Of a DNA stretch of 64,000 nucleotides, positions 11,415-22,030 are shown piece by piece. The notes beneath the pieces were generated by a model. The model had not been told where the DNA came from. It was given only the letters and a program-made list of their open reading frames with translations, and did not search any database. The DNA comes from Chlorokybus atmophyticus (lineage: Eukaryota > Plantae > Mesostigma and Chlorokybus algae), in assembly GCA_009103225.1 (NCBI GenBank), contig RHPI01003041.1:205439-269438 (forward strand). The letters run 5' to 3'. The number at the start of each line of letters is the position of its first letter. Position 1 is the first letter of the stretch. Position numbers and translations under genes: made by a program.

Positions 11415-14400
11415 TCACATGGAAGTGCAGTGAACGTTCACCCAATACTTGCCCTTTTGTACACGGGCGCTGTCCTTGTCAAACATGGGGAGCAGCTGGA
11501 CAATGCCTTTTACTTGCTCCAGAGTCACGACATCGAGATGTGGACCGCCTCGACGCTTTTCCCATTCCAGAGCGATGCACTTTGTGTCGCTCGTCACATC
11601 CAGCTTCGTGTACCAGCGGACAAACACGACCTCCTTCCACACGCGCTCGCCGCTACCACCCCACACCACCACGCGCAGAAAAAGGAGTGCCTGAGCCCAC
11701 CACGTCACGTTCACACCGTCCTCATCACCTTCCAACTCAAGTGTAGAGAACCAAGGCCGCCCATGGAACATCCCAGTTGCGCTGCGCCTCCGTTCACCAC
11801 GCGAACAGCACGCCACCCGTCGGCCAACTCCAGTTGTTCCCTCCTCAACCAGCTGTCCAGGGTGGCAGGCAGCTTGTCGGCGAATGGAGTCTTCAAGGCG
11901 ACTTGGCGGCTACGCGCAGATCCGCTCCAGTACGGGCTGGACTCCCTCCTTGTCAGCACATCCATCCGTAGCAACTTGTCCGTCTTCTCCATGACATTAC
12001 AGCACTGCTGCCGCGCCTGCGCCATGACCGAGCGCATCTCGGGATCCACGACCATGCCATCCTCTCTCACATATTCCGCACAGCTCCATGCCTTCAGGAT
12101 ACGTGCCTGGTAGTCCCGGTTGTCGCCACCACGCGCCCACCGTTTGATATTTTGGGCGTGCGTCTGCTCCATGCGGTTGGCGCTGAACCAATCTGGGTGT
12201 CCACTGCTAACAATTGCCGGCCCAAAATGAGTGAGCTGATGCATCTTCTCGATCTTCCAACCTGACTTCTGTGCAGAATATGACGACAGTAACGGATGCA
12301 ACACTGCAGCTTTGAAGGCAGCCAGCTCGTTGTCGGCTGTGATCAGGGTCTCTCTTGTGTGTTCATGCGCCTTGAGCAACTTCTTGTTCCACTGGGCAAG
12401 CGATGCGGCAGCAATGGTGAAGAAATCGTTGCCCTCACTATCGAGCAGCAAACCGTCTGCGAAGACCGGCAGCAGCTGCAGCACCGCCACTTTCTCCACC
12501 ACCTAAAAGGAGTGGTCGGACAGGAAGAAATCTAATGTGCTTGTAGGTGCCTTGAAGTGCAAAACCCGTAGAGTCGCCTTGCATGCATTCAGCCTGTGCA
12601 CATCTGCTCGTGAGCACGTGTTGTTGGCTTTTGTGTTCAACACAAAAGCAACACCAAAGACGTGCCTGGCCTGCAGAATCTGTCTCGTGGATGGACGCAT
12701 TCGTTCCTTCGCGGCGTCGTACACAGCAGCAAGCAGGTGGTCAATGATGCCTCCCAGCACATGCATTGCGTCAGGGGCAAGACGAGAGTAGCAGTCAGCT
12801 CCCGGCACCCGCGACTGTCGCCAACCCCCCAGTGCATTCTGTTGCCAAACCACATTGCCTGGTTTCACGGAAAGCCATTCATGCTCACGAATGCCAATAA
12901 TTTGACCATTACCTCCTCGACATGCATGGAGTGCTGCTCTTTGAAAGCCTTGGCTGTCTGGCGTGCATTCCTAACACCGCTATGCAGGTTCGCCCGCAGC
13001 TGACGTATTGCTGGTGTGTAGAAGGCCTCGGTTCTCAATTCCCGGTCCTCATCCATCTCCAACAGATCTGATTTGGTGACGAGACAAACATCGCAAGGAT
13101 GTCGTGTTTGGTTGCCCGACACAGTGCGTGCGAGTGTGGCAGTCTCCTACAACACGACAAACTCAGATGTTCTACTGACAACATCCTCCATGCACTGTTT
13201 GCTGGCAGGCTGCATCCGGTTACAACCATTCATGCCCACTACCTGCAAATCGCTGATGTAGTTGGCAAGCGCGGGAAACACACGACGCTCGATGCCATTC
13301 GGGTCGATGAGCTGCAGACCTTCCCAACTCGCCCGCTTCACATCCCCTAACACTACATTTAAAGCGTCATGAAAATTCTCACGTNTTCTCATGTTTCCGA
13401 ATGGAGAACGATTCCTTGCCCTGCGCCCAGGAGGGATGCCCGGCCACTGAGTGAACCACCGGCAAGAAGCGCTATCATAACAACCCCCATGTTGCTAGCA
13501 TACATGTCCCAACTGTAGTTGGCAAGCGATGCCATTAAAGGGTAGCCAGAGCGCTTGCCCGCGCTGTCCAGCGTGGTCTTGTCACTGTACAGAATGGCAG
13601 GCGCCAAGTAGGACGCTTCCCCCACCTCTCTCCTCAAATCCACCTCCACATCCTTCCACTAATCGCCCGTGGAAGGATGGCCAAAGCTGTGCTCGTCACC
13701 AATGTACTGGAGATTGAAGCCATTGGCGGCATGTGGATTGCCATACAACCGCGCGAGCCATACCTGCTCCGACCAAGAGCATTACTTACTATGCTGGCCT
13801 CAGAATAGATACTGCATCGATACTGCATTAGGTACTGCATTTCACAGACCTTGGCCGGCATATATGTGACGCAGATGTCCTGATCCTCAGGGTCTCCAGG
13901 CTTGCGCAGGTCAGCCGTCACGTAGTTCTGATACGGCAGCACACTTGCATGTGCATATGTGACATGGCTCTGATGGTTGTAGCACATGCACCGCACACCG
14001 TGAACACACCTCAGACTGAGAAAAAGAAATCGTGGTCCGGAGGTAGCTGGCCACATGCACACCGGTCTCCCACTGGAGCTCTTCCGTCAGGAAGTGTGCA
14101 TTTCGGATGCACTTGATGATCCGCCCCATGTCGGAGGCCGACAGGCCTTGGCCGTTGTTGCACTGCACCAATGCCACTGCAAGAGCATGCTCCAAGCCAT
14201 ACCACCTGGATTCCGACGCGTGCGAAGGGACGCCTCCACTTCCATGTTGGCGTGCCACAGGTTTCCCAGGCACACGCACACATCGAAAGCCCTCGTTCAC
14301 TTCCTCCTCCTCCTGTTGCTGCTGTGCGTGTGTCTCTTGGAGGAATTCTTCAGCATCAAGCATGTGAGCATCCTGAATTGAACTCCCCGGTTCAACATGA

Positions 14401-14534
14401 CCCGCATCGTACTGTAATGGACGCTGGCCGACATACAGCTTGATCTGCTTGCACACCCTGCTGCTAATATTGTGCATGTAGACCGAGCTGCGTGTGGCGA
14501 AGCGCATGTGGCAATACGGACAAAGGACTCCCAT
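11415..14534 (-). pseudogene. Plavaka-family (CMC/EnSpm-related) DDE transposase, spliced, with a nonsense mutation
   Basis: N-terminal CPYC...H...C finger, then ILYSDKTTLDSAGKRSGYPLMASLAN (first Asp), FHDALNVVL...G...RRVFPALANYISD (second Asp), CDVC, PDAMHVLGG (DxxH), KIEKMHQLTHF...G...FSANRMEQTH...IKRW (Glu) and a C-terminal FHGRPWFS...FVRWY domain. In-frame TAG at 13659-13661 (TGD*WKD); other frame breaks may be introns or frameshifts. Confidence 0.9.
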
Positions 14535-14691
14535 ATCTCACTACTAACGTCGACACAGGTGTCGCCAATGTAACCTGCATCATATCCAGCAACACGCACA
14601 CCCGCCGCCGCCGCCGCCGCCGCCACCGCCACCGCTACCGCTACCCTTGCATGCCAGAGGCGGGAAACTTGGCCGCCAGTCACTGGCTCCG

Positions 14692-14882
14692 TCGTACCAT
14701 TATAATGGTACGATCGAGCCATTGAACGTCCAGGGTGAGTCTGGATATATATATATATACATATATATTCTGATTGAACCGTTTCAATGGTACGAAGATG
14801 CCTTTGCCAAAAGGTATAGGCATTGTACAAAGGTACCATTGAAATGGTACCTTGTACAATGGCAATGGCAGTTCGTACCATT
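14692..14882. promoter_or_regulatory. Cluster 3 of palindromic TCGTACCAT-N4-ATGGTACGA motifs between the divergent transposase and gene E
   Basis: Perfect 22-bp palindrome TCGTACCATTATAATGGTACGA (14692-14713). Near-perfect CATTGTACAAAGGTACCATT-G-AAATGGTACCTTGTACAATG (14821-14861). Half-sites at ~14787 and ~14873. Confidence 0.6.
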
Positions 14883-15042
14883 GACAACTCTGTCAATGTC
14901 AGTCCCCCTGCGCATGAAAACACCATTGATAGCTCCGCCAAGCTACGCCCTTACAGGGGCGTGATGCCGAGGGTATGTGGCGTTTGGAGGATCGTTGGCG
15001 GCGCTACCAGGGGCGTAGTGGGCATTGTGGTCGAGGTCCGGG

Positions 15043-15895
15043 ATGAATTCCATGTTCGCACAGGGCGGGCAGGGTGCCGGCGGGGTGTCCTCGGTGTCAA
15101 ACCCCACCAAGACTACCAAGGGCACATCCAATGACAACAGTGACGCGGGCGATATCTTACAGGGCTCCCCCTCCGAGTGGGCAAAGGCACACCACAACAC
15201 TGCCTCTAAGAGAATCCGACCCACCAGCAGCCGCGACCACGGCGACATAATTGAAGGGACCAAACAAGACTGGCATAACCAAGGTGGGTTACGATGCACT
15301 GTCAATGCCACATGCTAGGGTTCTTTTATCTTGCACATGCACAGCCTCGAGTATTTTGCACTTGACATACACTGTCAATACCACATGCACACCATTATGC
15401 ACAACCTCCAGTGTCATGCACATGAACAGCATGACCAATCTCGCAAATGCACAGCCTATTTCTACTTGCGGGAGCTCACAAGTCGCAAAAGAGAAGCTGC
15501 GGAGTCAAACGAACGGGTAATCTATGACCTAGTTTAATGTTTCCAGCGGTAATTAAGCAGTATGCTTGCAGATTGCCATGTTGGTCAGAGTGAACCAAGA
15601 GCAGCGCGGCAGGCTGACTGTCTGCCTGGCGGAGTGCAACAAAGCGGAAGACGAGGTAAGCGTGTGTATGCTGATGGGCTAGTCCTCTGGCAGCACGCCA
15701 CTCCTACAGCATTACCAAATGCAGGTGGTCACTCTCAAAGCGACCATCAAGCGCATGCACGTGCACGGCGAGGCGCTGACATTCAAGCTGAAGGACGAAG
15801 TAGCCGTACTGTCAGCGAGCGAGGCAGCGGATGAAGATGACTCCGGCGTTGAAGCAGAAGACTCGTCGGAGGAGGAACATGAGGAGGGGGTTTGA
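15043..15895 (+). CDS. Element gene E: small spliced protein with an acidic C-terminal tail, function unknown (intactness uncertain)
   Basis: Exon-like segments MNSMFAQGGQG...QDWHNQ, LRELTSRKREAAESNER, VNQEQRGRLTVCLAECNKAEDE and VVTLKATIKRMHVHGEALTFKLKDEVAVLSASEAADEDDSGVEAEDSSEEEHEEGV*, with GT-AG borders. Phase of one junction is unresolved. Confidence 0.5.
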
Positions 15896-16118
15896 GGAGG
15901 AGTTCTGAGGCAGGCACCACGGGTTGACAAGCTGCGCATGAGTCCGACAGCTAGACTCAATGTTATAGGGTAGTTTTTTGCGCAAGTCGGCTGCTCAGTT
16001 GTAAGTGGACATACTCTCATCACTGCCCGTATATTGTATATATTGTGGGCTTTTAGGTGCAAGACCAAACAATCAGTCCAAAATTTGTACAAGCTGCATG
16101 GCATGTTAGTGTTGGCTT

Positions 16119-16377
16119 ACGGCAAGAATTGCCAACTTTTCTCAAACGGCAAGGGTCACATATTAACAGCAGTGTAACGGCAAAGAAACTGCCGGCTATT
16201 GCTGTCAGCTGTCCGTAACTACTGGCTAACGGCCATCTGTGCACATCGACCAAAGGGTAATTGGTTGACAACTCTCGGCCGGTTAGTGCCACTGACAACC
16301 ACTTTCGGCCCGCGGCCGTCTGCGTTAGTCCACTTAAGCCAACGGCAAACCCAACAGTCTAAAAGTAATATTTCAGG
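16119..16377. repeat. Right subterminal repeats (AACGGC(A/C)A x5) and candidate right terminus
   Basis: ACGGCAA at 16119 and AACGGC(A/C)A at 16145, 16176, 16228 and 16341, some paired with inverted TGCC(G). Resembles the AAC(A/G)GGCA half-site of the left array. Confidence 0.5.
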
Positions 16378-17245
16378 CAGCGGCAGGCAGGCTCAGGCAG
16401 GCTCAGGCACCACTCAGTCCCTCAGTCCTTAGTCAATCACCGTGTAAAATTTGCGACGAAGGTGTGTCATAACGCGTGTGCGCATGTCGTATCACTGGTT
16501 TTTTGTTTAATCGCGTTTTACAACCATGAGCTGGTTGTTTGTTGTTTTGCACCTGTGTGAACATGTACTATTTGCTAATGCACAATGCATAATTCAAAAC
16601 TGCACCTTGCATTAACTCTCTCCGTTGGTGTGTACACACGCATGTTTATGTGTATGTGTGCATCACACAGGCACATGCACAAGCACAAGCATATGCACAC
16701 GCACACCATGTGCGTGTGTATCTGCAAATGCATGCACAATGTGCATGGTGCGCATATGCATCAGAGTGAGCATATTTTTCACAATTTAGGGACCAGCTGT
16801 GATGCCGGCTCCCAAAGACTGCTTTGTGCCATCCATGACATTAACTGGTTGCAGCGGCCACGACATCATGTGGTTGAAGCGCGCGTACCGTACCGATGCA
16901 CCAAGACCTGGTACCGCACGCACCAAGAAATGGTACCTCACCAAAGCACCAATGAGTAGTAGTGAGACATGTCCGTACCTACCGTAGAGGCCAGAGCTTG
17001 ATGTATTATCTTAGCTCAGCAAGTGAGTTGTTGTCAGGCGCAGGTGACTATAAAATGAATCCGCCGCTCTTGAAATGTATCGGACACCCAGCGCTTCACG
17101 TGATGCTTGATAACGTACTTTGTAGTTGATGATTATGATTATGAACAGTAAAATCTCCACGGTAGTTGTGTCAGAAAGAAGTGGCTCAAGCAGGATTTTG
17201 CTGCTGTCTGTATCAACGTCGCCACCGCCGCCGCCAGTAACAGTC

Positions 17246-19998
17246 ATGGCGAGGTGGACGTGGTTCTCGCTGCCGATGATGGTGCTGTTGCTGGTGCTGA
17301 GCGCTACTGCTGTGGTGTTCACTGCGGCGCAGGCGACAACAGAGCCCTGGCCAGACCCCTCCAACTTCACCAATGTACGCCTTGAGCAGCAGCAGATTCT
17401 GTGCTATTGCAAGCTGGTGCAGCATGTCTCAGCAACTGTGCAACATGCCAACACAATGCCAACGCGTTCTGCCTTCGTCCGCGCTACTAACAGTTCAGCT
17501 CACATATGCTTGAATGCATACATGCGTCCCATCAGGCATCTCATGCGCTCCGGGTCTCACATCCATTTGCTTCCCAGATCACTCCCGGCTTCGTGAAGGT
17601 TCCAGAGCCTTCCGGCGTCTCCTCATGCAACCAGACCATCGCTCGCATTACAACTGTCAACTCAACCTCAAACGGCTTCTACTCAGCTGGCTCATTCCAA
17701 CCACCTTCGTCGGCCTCCTCTGCGGGAGACTGCCCCACGCGCTGGTCGCGCATCAAGCTGGCACTTAATATGCAGACTGAAGATGTGGATGGGTACCACC
17801 ACGCCGTTGCTGTGTTCATCAAAGGTGTTTGCTGCGAGATGCACATTACCTGTCTGGGTGTTCGTGTTCGTGCTCGTGCTTATGGGTGGGGTTGGCGTTT
17901 AATATGATGCTTTTGGACAGGTGTTGAGGTCATGCGCGTAAGGATGGAGTGGACCAAAACTAACAAGACGTACTTCCGTGCTGAAGCTGACGTCACAAAG
18001 GTCAGAACGCATGGATTGCACTGTCATGAAACACATTTTCCTACGTGCACATGTGGGCATGTACGCGGCCATTCATACAAAGGTGCATGTGTTTGCTTGT
18101 TTGCAAGGTTGGATGCAAACTTGCTGTTGTCTGTCGCACAGTATGCGTCCATCTTTCGCAAAACATCCCCGCTCCCCGTCGTTATTGGATTCGACACTCC
18201 TCCCTCAGCAGACTCAAGCGCCCGCAATGTGACGGCTGTGTGCACTTTCCATGGCACGTCCTCAAGCTTTCCTGCAGCCGCCCTTGGGAGCAAGGATGTA
18301 CCTGATGTCGTAGTACCTATCGTTTATGATCCGGCCACTGGTAAGAGGTGGGCACAACCGGATGTCAGCACACGCGTCGCGAATGCAGACATACCGCCCA
18401 ATCCGTTCAAGGCCCAGATTGAGGTTCGCTTGCGTATAGGATGTGTTGGTGAAGTGCAACTGACTGATAGGTTTGCGCGTGTTACGCGCAAGCATATGCG
18501 CACGCACGCGAGTGCATGTGCGTGTATGGTAATAAAACAGACACTCACATAGTGTTGTCTGGGTGTGCTTATGCACGAACATTTACACATACGCCTAGCC
18601 ATGCGTGCATGCGTGTGAACTTGCACGCACATTGATGCACACACGCATGCACACAGGCTCATCCACACACGCACATGTGCACTTGCAGGTGTACGCTTCT
18701 CGGCCGCCAGAAGCTGACGCGAGTATCATAGAATACGGTGATGTGATGGTAAGCATGATATGACTGCCCATGGAGCCACGCTGGGTATGCATTGCTCATG
18801 CAGATGTCATTAAGTTCTATACACGTACGCGTACAGGTATTCATCAACAATCATGTCGTCGGGCACGTGTTTGCGCCCAACGTGGAGTTCACGCACGCCG
18901 CCGTGATACCCGCAGTTACTGTGCTGGCGGGCCCATTTGTGGGCGTGTTGGCCGAGCCGAAACCCCACAACTTTGCTTTCCGCAGCCTCGAGCTAGTGTT
19001 GGTCGGTGCCAACTTGCTGGTGTGGCTCGCAAAGGGCGTGACGAGCACCTCGGGCCGTCTCACGATGGCACGCCACACGCCCTTGTTCTATGAGACACTA
19101 GTGGACCAACCTGCACCCGACGAGTACAACGAAAATCAGAGCTCGGAACCCAATTACTATGCTCCTACTTATGCCCAGGCGTTTACCGAAGTGTCGACCC
19201 GCGGTTACGTGCAAGTGGGTGTGATTGGCGCTTGTCAGGTCCTGTTTTGGGTGGAGATGATGATGAGTTGTGTATTTGTTGTGTTGCAGGTTGGATCGCA
19301 GATATGGGACTACTCCCACAATCAGCTGGCGGTTGCGCATGTTTTTAACAGCAAAGGGCTCTTCATCTACGACTATGCCAAGCACCGCATCGTAAGCTTG
19401 CCAGCTGTTGGGCACTGCGTGTGTATGTGTATATGTGGATATGCATGCACATGTATATGCATACGCGCGTGCACATACAGGCACACGCATGCCCACATGC
19501 GAGCACACACAGTCATGGTAGCGGTCGCACGCCACATCATGAAGGACATGATACTTGCAGTTTGTGGAGTCTGAAGCCATACAGAAGCGTTACATCAGCG
19601 GTCAGAACCCCGCTGAGACGGACGAGGTGGTGCACACGTTTGTGAACGACCACGTGTCGGTTTGTCACCGCGATTTTTGCGGTTTGCGCTTCACCGACGC
19701 ATACACCATTGACTTCATGAACACAATGGCCGCGAAGGACCCGCACGACACAATAATTACATTGACAACACTATCCCACACGTACACGCTCAACGAGGTG
19801 ACGCAAGGGTCGTATGAGTACCCAATAGTTGTACTACTGAGCGGGGACTACGAGAACGACATATTGTTTAAGGGAAGGTATTGCTACAACTACACGTCTC
19901 ACACGCATGCCACCGATGAGACGTCGTATGATGGCGAGGGTGGTTACAATGTTGTGCGCCACACGTCCACATCGGTGTCCGACAACTTCCTCTGCTAA
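17246..19998 (+). CDS. Secreted PNGase A-like protein (peptide-N4-asparagine amidase A family), copy 1, divergent
   Basis: Signal peptide MARWTWFSLPMMVLLLVLSATAVVFTAAQA. Eight GT-AG exons join in frame. Segments align by eye to PNGase A: PP...DCPTRWSRIKL, AVFIKGVEVMR, EADVTKYASIF, PDVVVPI, IPPNPFKAQIEVYAS, VVGHVF, PFVGVLAEPKPHNFAF, VGANLLVWL. Confidence 0.72.
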
Positions 19999-21244
19999 CT
20001 AGTATAGGCAATAATTAGTGCCTTGTGTAGATCCGTGTGTAACCCTCAATAAACCCTTAGCTGTTCAGCCAGTTTGCGTGCATAGCGCTTGCGTAATCCT
20101 TTGCGGAGTGAGAGAACAAAAGAAGATGGCAGAGGTAGTGCGAATGCTCACTGATTGGCCTGATGGCTTTCCCACACTACATTACAACCCTCCATTCTCC
20201 ATCCCTTAACCCACCCCACCTCCTCCCCACAGCCCCTCATCTCACACCTCCCGTCTTCAAGCCAATAGCGGTTTCGCTCCTCCTGACCTAAAAAGCATGT
20301 CTTAGGCATCGGCAGTACGCTCCAGCCTGCCCTCAACGCACCCCTCAAGCAATGTTCTCTCGGAGACGCGCACGAGCTTCTTTGCACACATGCTAGCTCA
20401 TCCTCCCTGCTGCACTCCTACGTGTTGAAAGAGGACAGTGCGATTGATGCTGAGACAGAACCTACACTATATTCGCATTTCTTTCCGCTTTGAATTCATG
20501 GAGTTCCAGACGTTGCTCACTCGCTTGGCTTGAATTGAACACGCATATTCAGACGCCATTTGCGGATTCAGCATTGTGTCACACACTACCCTCGCAAAGC
20601 GGAAATACTTGCCATCGTCTCCTCTGCAGCAGCGTAAACTGTGCTGGACAAGGCGAGGAGAGGCCTGTTAAAACCACTTGGTGCACGTCCAGTCCGTGTT
20701 CAACCCTGGTTAGACTAATTGCAGTAGAGTCTTGGATCTCATTCTATGAAGATCATCAGTAAATTTGGCGCGATTGGCCCCCCTCTCCGCACCTCCAGGT
20801 CGCACAACAACTTTCTTACCCCCTCCACCCGCTACCGATTCACCCCTCTTCACCCGCTCAACAAACTGTCTTCCATTATCGACATCTAGAGCCTCTACCA
20901 TGGACAAGTCACCATCAGTACGGTGAAGGTTCCCTCCGCCTCGTCTCCCCCCTTTTTGCTCGAGGTGCGGCGAGTCTAGGCACCTACGCTCTTTCTGCCC
21001 AGGCCGCTCACAACCATTAACAGCGTCCCACCCTCAAGGAGCCCCTCCCAACCCCACGAAACCCGACCAGACAGGCCCGCCTACCTCGGCTCACCTACCA
21101 TCAGCTGCCCCTTACTCCTCCACACCTTCCACCTCTCTTCTCGTCCCCCGCAACCCCCCCACCGCCATTCCACCCACTGCCAAGCTTCCACAACCTCAAC
21201 TCCCCTCCACCACCACCCGAGCTTCTCCCAATCGCTGGTGCGAT

Positions 21245-22030
21245 ATGGTCGAAGAAGAGGAGGCCATTTACAACGACCTAGTAGCTTTAATGGACTCGCA
21301 GGAGCCGCTCGTCACCCCTCCACTCAACCCCTCAAACCTACCCATCGGCCAACCTTCCCTCCCCTCCTCCAGTTTAACCCTCCCGCGCTATGATCTTGCG
21401 TCAATCACAGCAGCACTTGGACACCCCGCGCAAGACACCCCTTGAGCAGCCGCGCAGCTGATCCCCATGGTGCTGGTGTTCGAAGACCTTCACTCACACA
21501 ACCGCTCAATCCCTTCATCTATCGCTACTTCTCACCAACCATAGCCAAGCCAGAACCGGGCTGCTCTTACAAGACCTCTCCCTCTTACACACCACCGTCT
21601 CTCCCCCACTTTAACATGCGGTGACGGTGCTGCGCTGTGCTCTACAGCAAGCTGAAGCTGTAGAGGAGGAGCTGGAAATGAAGCTTGAGTCTACCCTAAT
21701 GTCCGTGGTGCCAGTTACGGGGGGNGAAGACTGATTGACGCTGCACGAGAAGACTTCAACGAACGGTACCAGCCACGGGCTGCCACCCCTACTTTATACC
21801 TACCTAGTAGGCTGGTCATGTGACTACAACAACTACAGCAAGGCGGCATGCCCCAACTCAACTGCACCGATTGAGGTGCGGAAAGGTTCCTGCCTTCCGT
21901 ACGTTGTGCCGAGTCGGCAGCTGGACATTCCCATCATGTCTCTTGCTGTGGGTTGGACATGGGCAATCGTGGCTGATTGCGAGCATCAGACAGGCTTATG
22001 AGTGTGATGTGCCTCAAGTGATTGGGTGCT
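21245..22030 (+). mobile_element. Highly degenerate retrotransposon gag-like relic
   Basis: Broken frame RLIDAAREDFNERYQP...LQQLQQGGM resembles the Ty3/Gypsy gag F..RY.P...L..L.QG pattern. Many stops; no LTRs or RT seen. Confidence 0.3.

Larger units (their letters stand above)
2167..16377. mobile_element. ~14.2-kb Plavaka/CMC (CACTA-related) DNA transposon with cargo genes, degenerate copy
   Basis: Contains a Plavaka-type transposase (11415-14534, minus). Imperfect 24-bp inverted ends CCTGA-N9-TTTAGACTGT (2167-2190; reverse complement at 16354-16377), each flanked by CA. Subterminal repeat arrays at both ends. Internal introns are short and lack the (GT/CA)n tracts typical of host introns outside. 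Exact ends are less certain than the content. Confidence 0.7.

Noticed and set aside
2167-16377. Endogenous giant virus or Polinton-like virus as the source of the MTase/OTU genes
   Set aside because: No capsid, packaging ATPase, polymerase or other viral hallmark gene is visible, while a Plavaka transposase and spliceosomal introns are.
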